Origin: Eledone cirrhosa
Taxonomy: Eukaryota
Assembly: GCA_964016885.1 (NCBI GenBank)
Contig: OZ024744.1
Span: 75,082,001-75,146,000, forward strand
Direction: 5' to 3'
DNA length: 64,000 bases
Below are positions 26,702 to 41,216 of this stretch, piece after piece. The translations under genes were made by a program, and so were the position numbers. The notes beneath the pieces are model-generated. The model saw only the letters and a program-made list of their open reading frames with translations. It had not been told where the DNA came from and searched no databases. Position 1 is the stretch's first letter. Each line of letters begins with the position of its first letter.

Positions 26702-27246
26702 TGTGTATACGAGATATTTATATATATATTGTTGGGTTAGAAAGCAATTGAGCATATTCGTTTCACTAAATATATGGAATATGTGTTCGTGAATATTTAG
26801 AGTGGCAGAGTGTGAATAGTAAGAATTGTTTTGAGTCTGTGTGTTTATAATATCCATTTTAATTTTAAAATCTTCATTATCGTCATCAAAACATATAAAA
26901 AGATGAGTTCTTCGTTTCTAAATTCCATCGTGAATTAAATATTAGTATTTATGGTTTTTATAATATTTTCAAACACGTCTATTTTATCTACCGTTTCTTT
27001 CTATATTTTCCCGGAAACCTATAACTATGATAGATTTGTGCATGTTGATGTTACTTTAGTATCTATGATTGACCCCAAAATTTGATGGTAATTTCATTGA
27101 ACGTAAAATAATTTTTTACTAGAATATAGTTGGAACATTCCATAAAGAAATATGTTTTCAGGCTCCGGTTACTTAAATCGGTACGTGTTCGACCAATATT
27201 GAAATATGCACTATTCCATAATTACGTGAGTTGATATTGTATAAAC

Positions 27247-27423
27247 CAGAGCTGTCAACTCTCCCCTTCGAACCGGGAGATCTCCCACCCACTTACTTGT
27301 CTCGTGAAAATGGGTAATAGCTTTCATTATGTAAAATCTCCCCATTTTGTCACACTTCTCCCCGTTTTGTGGTACGATTTTTCATGGTGCTCTCCGTTAG
27401 AATTTTTAGAGGTTCACAGGTGT
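27247..27423. mobile_element. hAT-like MITE
   Basis: Imperfect TIRs CAGAGCTGTCAAC / GTTCACAGGTGT; 8-bp direct repeat GTATAAAC at 27239-27246 and 27424-27431. Confidence 0.65.
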
Positions 27424-27594
27424 GTATAAACTAACATCGAACGAAATATTATTGTTTTGTCTTGGTTTACTCTTTCTGGTGCACTTAGCATACCTAAATA
27501 ATCTCGAATAAAGCTTGATACATATCTTAGGAAAGGTTTTAATAGGATATTCTAGAAATTAATTAATCTATTTGAAGCTGCGACAATAGGTGAC

Positions 27595-27815
27595 GTCTCT
27601 CTCACCATCCTCCGGGTAAACGCCTTCTCTATTCTGTCCGCCGGGCCGTGTGGTGACCGATCCACCGGGGTCGTGGGGCCCCCATTTGTTCATAATAGTT
27701 AGGGAGAGGGAGAGGGGGAGAGACGAAGACACTGACAGTGGGAGTTTGGTTCCTTTGTGTTCTAACCTGGTGTATATGTGTATGTTTCCAGGACAGTACT
27801 TATAATGTGCCACAG
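27595..27815 (+). mobile_element. CRE-like retrotransposon 3' end fragment
   Basis: Homologous to 34965-35145; VSLTILRVNAFSIL matches the RGNA-type motif. Confidence 0.6.
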
Positions 27816-27969
27816 TGTTTCAAGTATTTTTATTAACATTTTTGGCATGCTTTAATTGTTTCTGTCGTGGACGTTTAGTAAGCCGTAAAAGGTGCTTGTT
27901 ACATATTTGAAGTTCATTAACTGATCCATTTCTATAGCATCTGCCGAATACCTTCGATCAATTTTAATA

Positions 27970-28113
27970 ATTTTTTCTACTTTGGGCACAAAGCTAGCAA
28001 ATATCCCTGTGCATTACTGGTCCTTTATTTTATCGACCCTATAAGGATGAAAGGCAAAGTTAAACTCGGCGGGATTTCAATTCAGACCGTACCGATACTG
28101 CCAATCCACCGAT
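27970..28113 (-). mobile_element. SINE family A, internally deleted
   Basis: Reverse complement of the head (GGTGGATTGGCAGTATCGGTA), central domain and tail. Confidence 0.85.
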
Positions 28114-28411
28114 ACAAATTTAATAATGTATTATATTTTTATACGATGTTAGAATTGTTTTATTTGTTTATGTTTTAGTAATAGGTATTAGGTTCTGTGG
28201 TGGTATTTTTCCTTTGTCGGCTTCCTTAGATTTAATGTCAGTGTCTAGTAGTTCTTTGAGGTTAGCCAAGTGAAATCTTGAGAAATTTGGTTTGATATTC
28301 ATTTTTTTCTACTGTAGCATGTGGAAAACAACGATAATTAATAATAAAAATTATCCGGTACATACATACATATATACACACACACGCACACACACACACA
28401 AACATATATAT

Positions 28412-28501
<90 letters not shown>

Positions 28502-28830
28502 TTACATAAGAAAATTATCAAAGAGAGGACAAGACAGCGAACGGAAACAAGGCAAAACGGAAAACAATTTAAAAAAAATAAAAATACAAACGAAGAACAC
28601 AGAACTCCAGGGTCCATCGGCCGTTGAGATGGATTTTGGCAGTTTCGACTACTACCAACGTTACTGCTGGTCCATCCATGGTCACAGCGTCTGTTACAAG
28701 CCAAACACTGTCCAGTGTAGTAAGAGATGAGAGACAAAAACCTCAATTTATAGCAATTAAGAGACAAGTACACAGAAATTTATGCGACGTCAGGGAAGAG
28801 GTTTGGTACCTCTTATAGCACTAGAGACTC

Positions 28831-28867
<37 letters not shown>

Positions 28868-29958
28868 AGTGTGTGTGTCTGATGGTAGCTAAAATGCTTC
28901 CAAAGGCGGTATGCCGGTTGAGCACTCTATGCTCTTACAGAGCAGAGTATGATATAATAGAAAACGAAAATCAGTGATGCATCTGAACTCAATTTATTGT
29001 GTGTTACAATTGTTTCCCGTTGGACAGCTCGAGACGTGATCATTGTGTGGATCTGTCTGATTCTGGACCAGCAGGTTCGATGGACATGTCTAATGATTTC
29101 GGAACATATTTTCTCACTGGGGTATCTGACCCACTGGGCCAGTACCGTCAAAAACTTCATCCTCTTCGCTTGTCCTGTGATTGGCCGCTCGTTGTCTACG
29201 TCATCATAATTCTGACCACATGTAGTAGTCCGCTGACCATCAGGGCGTAGTCTGTCCCATGTCTGCTACACTTCAATAAATTGCTGCTGTGTTTGGTAGT
29301 TTACACATCCACGCGCACACTCACAGACACACACACATAATCACACACACACACACACTCACAGACACACACACATAATCACATAGATAACGACAGTCGT
29401 ACGCATGGACTCCCGCTCTACACACACATTTAAGGAGTACATATAAACATATAAAAATACGCATACATGCATCCAGAGAGGCACGTACATACACAGACAC
29501 ATGCCCACATGCCTATATACATCAACATACACATACACATGTATGAATACACATGCATACACATGCATACGCGTATATATATCCGTACACACAAACACAT
29601 ACATACATATACATAGAGCCCCCACCCTCCACCTACGCACACACAAATACACACATGTACCCATATACATATATACACGCATAGATGCACACTCGCTCGC
29701 AAACACACATATATATACAGAATCAAGCCCTTTCCCTACAGGGGGCTTGTAGACACACACACACTGGCTCATATACACTCCTACTAATATGCGCATATAC
29801 ACATGCACAGCCACGCACGCATAAAAAACTATATATATATGCGTATACATACATATACATAAATAGAATACACACACACAGTCATATATAGATGCACAAT
29901 GGGTCATACATGGAAGGATGCATCTTGTTATAAACATGTTCATACATAGAAAATACAT

Positions 29959-30107
<149 letters not shown>

Positions 30108-30120
30108 TATATATATATAT

Positions 30121-30309
<189 letters not shown>

Positions 30310-30490
30310 TTTCCTGTATTACAGCCCCACGTTATACCCTAACGAATAGTACGATTTATACGTGGATATTTTACGTCTCGATGTGGGAGCTAACGAACGT
30401 TTCCACGAACCAAAGTATCGTCTTCCTGTCTTCCTCCGGTTGCAACGTTTTTTGAAATATTCACTTCTGCGTTTACAGATTGACTTTGTT
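30310..30490. repeat. Fragment related to the Helitron interior
   Basis: 30395-30482 resembles 20991-21076 (CACGAACCAAA..TCTTCCTG..CGGTTGC.ACGTTT..CTTCTGCGTT.ACAGATT). Confidence 0.6.
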
Positions 30491-30652
30491 AGTTCCAGAA
30501 GATCCCGTTAAGGGTGAAGGCAGCGATTCTTTGCTTAAACTTTAATCTGTTATTTTAATAAATATTGGCTCTACGGTTCTTATATATTTGATATGTATTT
30601 ATCCTTATCGAGCCCTCTTTGGATTTTAGTCTTCAAATTTATTATTATTACT
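30491..30652 (+). mobile_element. Small Penelope-like pLTR fragment (same family as 16950-17112, 36720-36790 and 58252-58301)
   Basis: Shared TATCCTTATCGAGCCCTCTTTGGATTTTAGTCTTCA; degenerate hammerhead CAGAAGATCCCGTTAAGGGTGAAG. Confidence 0.55.
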
Positions 30653-30683
30653 ATATATATATATATATATATGTAATATATAT

Positions 30684-30773
<90 letters not shown>

Positions 30774-31001
30774 TCATCTCGGGAACAGTTTTGGATAGCG
30801 CTAGTTCATAATTTAAATTCAAGAATTTTATATTCTTCGAATGAAAAGAACCTTCTAACGAGAATCTTTTTTTGCAACGAAGGCCGTATGGACTCCGTTT
30901 ATTTTTGAGATTCGAAACCGATTCGGTAAAGGTAACTATATTAAGTAAAGTTAATTCTTTAAAATTTATTTTGAAACTTTTTCCTTATTTGCTAAACCTT
31001 G

Positions 31002-31059
<58 letters not shown>

Positions 31060-31739
31060 CATATATACATATATATAAAAGAAATATTAAATATATTTAA
31101 AATATATATACAACGGCACATAGAGATACATAGTGTGCTATACATGAAAGGGTGCGCCTAGTTCTATGTGTCTACAGAGATGTTGTTACATTGCGAACAT
31201 GGATCAAACCACATATGGAATCTTCACGCAAAGCCACATAGTGGGCGTTCATGGTATTACAGTAAATAGTATGCACAGACCGTACATAGAAAATGCGTGC
31301 AGAAAATATATAAAAAAGGAAATATATACAAAAAGCAGAAGGAATGTGTATGTATATGAGATAGTACACAAGAGAAGTATGAGATACACACGTGGGTCTG
31401 TATACCGAAAATACCTTAGGTGTTACAAAATGGAATACGTGGAGAGTATGCACTCTTTACTGAAAAGATACAGATGTAGGGGGGGGCGTTGACCGGCCAT
31501 ACTGGAGTATGTCACTGTGGTTGAGGTCTTATTGGTGTAAGGAATTTGACTGAATATCAATGGAATCCGAGTCAACCCGGCTCAGGCGATATTCTTGCCT
31601 AGGGTGACGCGCAGAATCGGGTAGGCATCCTGGGTTATTTAGGCTTACCCCACGGGACATATATAGTCAACAGGATATGGTGTCTGATCTCTTGAACCCG
31701 TTTCGCCGCTCTTGTCAGCGTTCGCTCCGCCGCATGCTT

Positions 31740-33676
31740 TTAGCTTGTGCTGCCCGGTGGATTCCATGCAGAGAGTGTGCACCTTCTCTAGTGTCTCCAC
31801 GTCACGATTATTTCCGATTTCAGGTTGACCGCATCATCCTTCAGTCTACCTATCTCCTTGGCATCGGATAGGCATAGCCTACATTTTCTATTTCCAGCCG
31901 AATATGCAATCGTGTGGCGAACGATACTCCAGTTGAGAGCATACGGGGTCCTTTGTCTTTTAAGTCCCACACCAGGTCCGCCAGCCTAGTAGAGTGCCTC
32001 TTGCTCCGGTCACTGAAAGAGTTTGTGTGGTTATACATCCCCGATTTAAATGTCGTGGATGTTGCGCCGATGTAAATGCTCTTTATTTTGTGCGTGCTAA
32101 CCACACATTTACATACCAGGCTCTTCGTTAGGTATCTTCCCTGCAGGGGGCACTGTGTGCCTGCTGCAGTTGCACGTTCTGTCGTTATATTGTTCATTTC
32201 GGACGCTTGGCCCTTGATCTGTCACGGCTCTCTCCCGGTTCTCTGGGTGTTGTTCTGCCGACACGGTGACTCCCCTCCGCCACACATTTCCGCCCGACTT
32301 TGGATTGTCTCGCCTTCCGCGGGCGTGGCGGCCGCTGCAAGGATCGGGTTGTAGTTGGAAGACCGGTCTGCAAGGGGCCTTCCGGGCTCCGATGGACGGT
32401 CATTCGGCCGCCGCGGTTGACGGTCGACGTTCCCCTACTTCGCCGCGTTGGTTTTGGCCATGTAGTTGGCCATGTTAGGTGCGGTGGAGAAGGAAATCTT
32501 CACCGTGTGGCGGTTGAAGATCTTGTGGTATCTGCTCGACGGCGGGAACCACTCGTCTAACGCTCGGAAGAAGAGGCCTGGTACATTGCTGCATACATGC
32601 TTAGAATACGGCGGGTTAAATAAGTGCGATATGCGCTTCCGCCTACGTTCCAGTTGGCTGGAGTTTAGGGAACGGAAGGTAAAAGTGCGTCGTCTCTGTA
32701 TATTCCTCCGCCGATCCCTGGAATCTCCTCCGCTAATCTTTGGAGGAGATAGATTCCCACCAGGTCGGTCACCTGCGCAAAGTCGCTCGATGCCATAGTA
32801 ATATCGAAACTGTCGGGTTTGTCCCTCCGCTACCATAATTTATCTTCGAAGCTATTTAGCGTCTTTCTCGCTGCTATTATGAGGTTTGCCTCCTTCCTAG
32901 TGAGGTTGGACTTGGCCATGGCGCGTAGTAATTCACGTAGTAATTCGCTATGCCTAATTGAATAAAATGTACCTGCTGTTTGCTATCTATTAGCGAGAAC
33001 TAGTCAATTACCTCCTTAGTGGAGGTCCATAAGCTAAGCCTAGTTTTGTTCCTAAGTACCGGTAGTATCCTGTCTATTATATTCTTGCTAGTCCTACCTA
33101 TGTCTGATTTGGAGGGTGCTATTAACCTAACAGGTAGATTAGTTCTAAAGTCTAATTTATGATTCTTAATGGATACCCGTGGTTTTCTGTGTACATATTG
33201 TTCGGTCCTATCATCTATTCCTAGCCCAGTCATTATTTTTTGGGTCGTGGCGTTAATGTTATCTAAGTTGTCCTGTCCTGTCGTCCTGTAGCTTTTTCCT
33301 AACCTCTTTCCCGATGCACAAGTAAATCCGGGCATTCTTCTATGCTTTTGATTGTGGAGCTCAATCTCCGGAGGTAATCCGTATGTCGTGTATTATTCCT
33401 TCGGAATTTGATGTTTCGGACGATGTTGATGATACGGTTTTCAAATAATTCCAGCTGTCCGTTATGTGGTGGGTGACGTCTTGATCTAAAGATCCGTTTT
33501 AGGCGGTCCTGGGGATGTTCGGGTGCGTGTTGCTGTGTCCTTCTTTCGTGGTGAAATGCGCGCCATCTCATGCGTCTAACAAAAGAGTTGGTGTGGTGTA
33601 TCAGTAGGCTCATGTATGTGTTGTCAGAAGGGATTGGGATGTCCTTTAAAGAGGAAGAGTAAGGGAATTTTTCCAT
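31740..33676 (-). pseudogene. Penelope (Naiad-like) RT + GIY-YIG ORF, frameshifted, thumb region deleted
   Basis: SLKDIPIPS..FVRRMRWRAF; NHK.DF..NLPVRLIAPSKSDIG; FDITMASSDFAQVTDLVGIYLL; GIYRDD (YRDD 32700-32689); FNPPYS..KIFNRHTVKISFS; CNC..CPLQG; YIGATSTTFK..NH..SF; KCRLCL; NLKSE..WRH. Confidence 0.88.
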
Positions 33677-34254
33677 GGCGTATCGCTGTAAGCGCTCTTC
33701 TTGTAGAGGAGCGTAAAATATATGTGTCTGGTGGTAGCTAAAACGCTTCCATAGGCGGTATGCCGGTTGAGAACTCTATGCTCTTACAGAGCAGAGTATT
33801 TTATAATAGAAAACGAAAAATCAGTGATGTATCTGAGCTCAATTTATTGTGTGTTGCAATTGTTTCACCGGCAGACAGCTCGAGACGTGATCATTGTGTG
33901 GATCTGTCTGATTCTTGACCCGCAGGTTCTATGGACACGTCTAATGATTTCGGAGCATATTCTCTAACTGGTGTATCTGACCCACTGGGCCAGTACCGTC
34001 AAAAACTTCATCCTCTTCGCGTGTTCTGTGATTGACCGCTGGTTGTCTACGTCATCATAATTCTGACCACAGAATTTAATACATCGTATTTGAATCCAAT
34101 TGTTATATAAATAAAGAATAAACCTTGTAATACTCATACGCTAATTAAGTATGCAATACTGAGATGGAAAACATTGATTAAGTCAGGTTATCTAAGTGAA
34201 AGCTACGATGATTGTTTAAAATCTAAAAACAAAAAACAAGGGAGATATCTTCAA

Positions 34255-34370
34255 TAATTGTTTCTACTTTTGGCACAAGGCCTGCATCTACCCAGTACAT
34301 TATTGGTACTTTATTCTATCGTCCCCGTATGGGTGAAAGGCAAAGTTAAACTCGGTGGGATTTGAACTCA
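34255..34370 (-). mobile_element. Partial SINE family A
   Basis: GGATTTGAACTC (reverse-complement B box), GAAAGGCAAAGTT, GGCACAAGGCC. Confidence 0.75.
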
Positions 34371-34787
34371 ATGTGAATAAACCAGAAATTAAATTTTTAA
34401 CGTGCTCTGAAAAGGAGGATGAAACACAAACTGTATGACTGTATGACATATTTTATTGTAAATTTACAGCAACTGAAAAAAACTTTTCATACTAAATTTA
34501 GATTACGTTTTAATCTACATTTATATTGAACACGTCAAGGTTGCTTCGAGTTGCGGAATTTTGCACTTACGGAAATTGTAAAGTATGACCACTAATTTCG
34601 ACATTTCGTCTATGAGTGAGACATAAAATAAAATAAGATAAATAAATGAAATTAGTAAAATATAACTAATACCATAAAATAAATTGGGGTTACATCAAAA
34701 CTGTATAAATGTAAATACAGATACTTGAAATAGAGAACAATATGCTGAAAACTGTGAACATTCTGGTGGTAGTAACTAACCTAGGCT

Positions 34788-35150
34788 CTGCTGCACTTTG
34801 GGTCGAGGAGGACAAACTCTCCAAATATCGGTCGCTGTCCGACAGATTAGCGGTTGAGAATTCTGGTGTTCCTGGCCCTAGGACCACCTCCTTACTCACT
34901 ACTATTGGCACAAAGTTGGCTACCCGCAGGTGTGAGTCTCACGAGCTGGAATGGCTCTTCCAGCGCGTCTCCGTCACCATCCTCCAGGGAAATGCTTTTT
35001 CTATTCTTTCCGCCGGGGCCGCGGGGTGGCCCTCCCCCAATTGCTCACAATAGTGAGAGATGGGAAGAGCAGGAAAGATGGAGGCAGTGACAGTGATAGT
35101 TTGATGCCATTGTGTTCGAGCCTGGTATATACGTATATATTTCAACATAC
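34788..35150 (+). mobile_element. CRE-clade retrotransposon 3' fragment (RLE C-terminus)
   Basis: AA..EEDKLSKYRSL..LAVE.SG..G..LEWLFQRVSVTILQGNAFSIL, matching the K..KY / QR.S...RGNA tail of CRE elements. Confidence 0.75.
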
Positions 35151-36219
35151 CCCATTAAGTGAATACTTACTAAATATAAAGCTTTATGATATATAGGGTA
35201 ACTAAAATTTAATGTCGAATATGGAGTAAATTAGTATCAGTAATGAGATAGAAAGATAACTAAACTGAAGGGATAGGTGGGGCTAAAGTGAGAGAGTAAT
35301 GGATAATAATTTATTAAAAATAACTTTATCTCTTGTAGAGTGATGATTAGAAATTATTCAATCTTCGCTGCTTTATTTCGGATCTTAATCAATGACGTTT
35401 CTTTACAAACAAATCATGTAGTAAACGTTTTATTTTTTTTACGAAGTACATTTGCAGTTCATTTCTTGACTGAACTGACAACATCACAAAAGAATAAAAA
35501 TTAAACTTACATTAAATATTTCATTTCTTCTTTTTATACTAATAATCTGCGAATTACAATGCATTTTTCAAGTTCCTCAAAAATCCTACTTTTGTATGTA
35601 TACAAAATACAAATAAAAAAATGTCTGAGAGAAATATCTAAAATCCGTTTAACTAAAGCGCCAAATCTTCCCCTTCTTAAATATACTTATAGACGTTCAA
35701 AGCCAGCCGCCTGATTGTCAGGACTTCTCTTACAGAGAATCTAAAGCCGCCTAATCTAACGTCATACCGTGTTCTCAAACATTCATAACTACTGTATCCA
35801 CTCAATAGAATTCAGTGGATCTGTTAATCCCAGACCTATTTGGATCATTACGTTGTTCCCGTCAGACCACCGCCATCTTCCTTTGATGACTCACTCTGCT
35901 ACGTTTAAAGTAGTGTTTCGCAATACTTGTTCTGAAGCGCTACTACATTAAAACTCTATGCAACACTTTTCTACCGACACGGAGAAAATCTGAACGGTGC
36001 CAATGTAACTGCAAACGGTGTAGCACTTAAAGAGAGAACTAAGCGTCCAAAACGTCACCTCCAGAATTGTGTATTCCAAATATGGATGCAAATATGCCGG
36101 TAAGCATGCTTATGAGTGTACTTATGTTGTATCATATCATGTATCATATATCATATATACACACACGTATATATATATATTTGTGTGTGTGTGTGAATAT
36201 GTATGCTTTGCAGAATAAA

Positions 36220-36370
36220 GTTACGGTGCTTTACGTTCTAAGCTCAAATCCCACCAAGTTTGACTTACGGGGTCATTAAAATAAAGCACCAGTAACGTAT
36301 TGGGGTCGATTTAATCGGCTTTTCCTTCCCTCAAAATTACTGGCTTTGTGTCTATACTAGAAATCATTAT
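36220..36370 (+). mobile_element. Degenerate SINE family A-related copy
   Basis: GCTCAAATCCCACC, CTTACGGGGTCATTAAAATAAAGCACCAG, TGGGGTCGAT, ends AGAAATCATTAT. Confidence 0.65.
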
Positions 36371-36511
36371 GTAAACATGCCACATAAACATATTTCCATG
36401 TAAATTGGAAAAAAAAAAAAAAAGCACGTTTAACCTGTTTTCAAACCTAGTTGGGTTCTGATCAGATGGCATGTATATCTGAGCATAGATTATACATCCA
36501 GAGTTGACATT

Positions 36512-36700
36512 GCACTCAGTGCTCCTGTGGGGCCCCCTACATGGACACACTGGAAGAGTAAGACCAAGGTTAACGTATGTTGATGCCCTAAGGACAGATA
36601 CTGGTCTGTTGGAGACGCAGGACATGGCAGCGATAATGAGAGACAGAGACCACTGGAGAGAACTCGTCCATGGTTCTCGGGAATTTTACCCGCCCTAGAA
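36512..36700 (+). mobile_element. RTE-clade LINE 3' end fragment
   Basis: VLLWGP.HGHTGRVRPRLTYVDALRTDTG..MRDRDHWR; reverse complement matches 50893-51063. Confidence 0.85.
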
Positions 36701-36920
36701 TATATATATATATATATACATATTTGATATATATTTATCCTTATCGAGCCCTCTTTGGATTTTAGTCTTCAAATTTATTATTATTACTATATATATATGT
36801 GTGTGTGCGTGTGGGTGGGTGGGTGTGTGGGTGTACAGTGTAAACAGAAATAACAACATAATCGGGGTACAGTACATGGAAGGTATATATTAGGTTAACG
36901 CTTAATATAGCAGGAAGAGG

Positions 36921-36956
36921 GTCTTAACGTTTCGGACGTTATCCCTCATCAGAGGA
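36921..36956 (-). ncRNA. Minimal hammerhead ribozyme motif (Penelope-type)
   Basis: Reverse complement: cct-CTGATGA-g-GGA-taacg-TCC-GAAA-cgTTA-aga; helix I weak. Confidence 0.6.
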
Positions 36957-37651
36957 AAGAGTGAGAAATAAGATAGACTGAGGGGACGGGCGGGTTGGAA
37001 TTGGAAAAAATGTCTTTAGATAAAAATAACAGGTCCATTTGTGTGTGTGTGTGTCTGTCTTTTTATTATGAGAATAACTTATAGATACAAATAAAAGTAT
37101 AACATTATTTATACCAGTTCGGTGTCCAAGAAATCCTATCACAAACCAAGGAAGAACTATATTCTAAGCATAAACATGAATGCGTGTAAGTTAATCGTGC
37201 TTTTTTCCCCATTCGTCCAAGCCCACTGAACGATATTCACCATTGCTCAGACGATTAGTTTTATGTGATGGGCAATTATTCCTTTGTTTCTCTCAGGCAT
37301 TTACATTTATATGGAGGCATATTTTTGTATACATTGATAAACTTATAGATACAGATTACGGAGAGATTAAGGAAATATCTACATCTTTATAAAATCTTTT
37401 GCTTTTAAAAGCTTTTGCTATAACGTTCGAGACGAATCTCTTCACTGTCAATGTTGAATGTAACACAGAATCTCAACAGCTCATACCCCTATTAATATCA
37501 TACGCCTGCAGAAAAAAATAAGATACTCTGATAACAACAATTTATACAATTGCTATTCCATATATTTGCAACTCTTCATATATCATATTATAAACGACTC
37601 AACACACACAGGTTAAAATCTTCGAGATCACAACCCAACACTAAAACATAG

Positions 37652-37945
37652 GAGTAAAGACCCCCTTCGGTCAGGAATGACCATGGGATTTGCACCTAGA
37701 AAGTTTCCCTCCGAAGCACAAGGTTGTTTGTGGAAGACCAGTAGTCGTTCATGCATACCAGCCTCCCCACTGATGTTTTACAGGGGAAAGTCAATGGCCG
37801 ATACAGCTTGGCATCTGTAAAGTCGCAACTCATTTCTACAGCTGAGAAAACTGGAGCAACGTCAAATAAAGTCATCACTCCGTCTGAGAATCGAACTCAC
37901 AACCTCACGATTGTAAGCCCGACGCTCTAACCACTAAGCCTCCAC
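37652..37945 (-). mobile_element. tRNA-derived SINE (family B)
   Basis: Reverse complement: GGCTTAGTGGTTAGAGCG (A box), GAGTTCGATTC (B box), CGTTGCTCCAG..CTCAGCTGTAGAAATGAG central domain. Related partial copies at ~49600-49765, 50310-50340, 53778-53880 and 55060-55235. Confidence 0.8.
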
Positions 37946-38404
37946 ACTAAACCATATAGCTCATCTAATGAAGCACGTATAATGACCATCCAACAAAATA
38001 GTAAATCTCATATTGCACATATTCTACACAATAAACTGACAAAATTAACACCTTCAACAGTTATTGTAAGGTATGAAATTTTGCTTGAAAAACCCAGAGC
38101 TAAGCATATCGCGATAATATATTATTAAACACTAACCAAATCCATTTTCGCTATTTTTGACGAATCATTAAAATTAATTACACAGATAGATGTATGTCCC
38201 TAAAACCTGTCACTGGTTGGTTTGTAAATGTATGTATGGTCCTGTAAATTCTGATAGAGTCGTAGGAGCGCCGCATTGACATACAGCGTTTTTAGGCATT
38301 TTAAGCCTAGTGAAGCCCATCCCTCTCCAGGTCTGAGTACAGCAGATTTCTTCCACAGAAAGATAGAAAGTGAGAGAGAGGAAATGAAAAAGAGATGTAG
38401 AGGA

Positions 38405-38565
38405 CGAATCGACCCCAGTACTAGATAGGTACTTTTTAATCCACCTTGAAATGATGAAAGTTAAAGTTGACCTCGGTGGGATTTGAACTCCTAGAGCAGA
38501 GAGCTGAAACGAATACCCTAAAGCATTCTATCCGACGTTCTAACGACTCTGTCGATTCGCCACCT
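38405..38565 (-). mobile_element. SINE family A-related copy
   Basis: Reverse complement: GGTGGCGAATCGACAGAGTCGTTAGAACGTCGG, GAGTTCAAATCCCACCGAGGTCAACTTT. Confidence 0.78.
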
Positions 38566-39744
38566 ATAGTTTTGTAAATTAGAACAGCATAATAACAAAG
38601 CCATCTTCATTTTTTACTCTTAGAGGACAGACCCTATCAGAACTAAATCCATTGTTTATTAATGCAGTAAAACGCTGATTGTAAGAAAGGAAACATCCAC
38701 TTTTCATCGACTGGAACATAGTTTATTCGTCGTCATTACTTACAATCATGCATAAATAGTACACAACTGCCGGGTTAAACGTTCATATGTAAGTCCTGCA
38801 CATAAATGAGTGCAGCTTAAATTGAATGGCACTGTCTCATGAATCATTTCTCAAGCATGAACCAACTGCGATATAGCGATAAATGGTTTACCTGAGAACA
38901 TAGTACAATACATACAGCTGGACACGATCTATTGATCTATGAGTAAGGAAGCATTTCTCTCTTTTCCATTATTTTAGTTCACATATGAAGAAAGGAATTT
39001 TCATTTACTACTCGTTTGGATTGAAATATCTGAATGTATGATGAAAATCAAAACTAAGGTCATGATATTTTTTTTATGTATAACCAGACTGCATACACAT
39101 TACATTATGTATTTTGAAATGTATATAAAAATGATGCATTTATAAAAAAGAACTTCATAGACATGAATATTTTCCTTCGAAGGTTTTTTTGGAAATGTTT
39201 CATTCCAAATTCAATGAAACATTTATTCTTATCTTGTTTCTCGATTAATCAACGGTATTCAGTCTATTTTACGTTTGTTTAGGTTCGATTTTGGTTAAAT
39301 TCTCGCCTTTAAATGCAGGCCTAACTATACCAATACCTTGTACTAAAAACTAACAATAGTAACAACACATGAACCACTTTTCGTTCTATTATTTGTGATT
39401 TGATTTTAGCTATTATTGCATTTTATTTTCAACACTATTGTTTGTTTGTTTTTTTCTTTTTTGTAATGTTTTCGTTAAAGTTATTATTTCTACTTTTTAT
39501 AAGTAGCGGTTTAATTGTAGTAGGAGCTATTGTGGAGTTTGTGACAATAAGGGCGATGAAATATGCGGTGGATCTGATGGTTTGTGTGGTCGTTTGTTGT
39601 TGTGAAAGAGGCCATTGTGATGGGATTCGTCAGATTGGTAACGATGGAGAAAATTGTCCATAGTCTGTCTGTCAATTGTTGCATTCTTTTATTATTTTCC
39701 TCCTTCTCTAACTCCTTCTATTTTTCCTCCTCCTCATCAAATCC

Positions 39745-40040
39745 TCCACCACCACCACCACCACCACCACCACCATCACCACCACTACCATTAACATTAT
39801 CATCTTTATCATCACCACCACCACCACCACTGCCACCACTGCCGCCAACACTACCACCACAGACCACCACCACCACCACCATCACCACCATCACCACTAT
39901 CACCACCACCACCACCACCACCACCACCACCGCCACCACCACCACCACCACCACCACCACCATCATCACCACCATCACCACTACCATTAACATTATGATC
40001 TTCTTTATCATCACCACCACCACACACCACCACCACAGCC

Positions 40041-40072
<32 letters not shown>

Positions 40073-40297
40073 TATCATCATCATCATCATCTCCATCTTC
40101 ATCATAGAGATGTTTAATCAAGGTGGTGATATTGATGTTGCTGTTGTTGTTTGTGTCTCATGTATTATTGCCTATTATTTTTTTTTATTTCTCATTTTAT
40201 TGCTACTGGTGTTTTCTACGACGATGACAACAATGTTCATGATGATGATGGTGATAATGATGATGCTAATGATAATCATCATCATCATCATCATCAT

Positions 40298-40328
<31 letters not shown>

Positions 40329-40414
40329 GTTATCATCATCAAATTGCTTGGCGTTGTGAAGATGATGGTGGAGGAAAGAAAAAGTACAAGAAGTATGTTG
40401 GTGATAGTGCTTAA

Positions 40415-40456
<42 letters not shown>

Positions 40457-40560
40457 GCGGATGATGATGATGATGATGATGATGATAGTGAGGTTGATGG
40501 TGGTGATGGTGGAAGTGGTGGTAATGTTGATGGTAGATGTGGCAGTGGAGGTGGCGGTGA
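39745..40560. repeat. Compound trinucleotide microsatellite (CAC/CAT/ATT/GAT/GGT)
   Basis: Direct reading; source of the poly-P/T/H/I/M pseudo-ORFs. Confidence 0.95.
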
Positions 40561-40710
40561 TGCTTTCATTAACTGTTTTCTTTTCATAGCTAAGCAGCTT
40601 ATGATTATGTTCATCCCCCTTTGTTAACTTGCTTTCATATTTCAAGCGTTGATCTGATTCTCTCTTGCCCTCACCATCTTTCTTTCTCTTTCTTTATTTC
40701 TCTCTCACGC

Positions 40711-40782
<72 letters not shown>

Positions 40783-40790
40783 TATATATA

Positions 40791-40826
<36 letters not shown>

Positions 40827-41056
40827 TATATATGTATATATATATATGTGTGCTATATATATCTATATATATACCTATCTATCTATCTATATATATATAT
40901 ATATATATATACATATCTGTGTGTGAGTGTGTATATATATATGAATTTATATATATATATATACACATACACACGTATATATATATATATGCATGCATAT
41001 ATACATATATATATATATATAGATATATATAGATATTATAAAATAATATATATATA

Positions 41057-41216
<160 letters not shown>

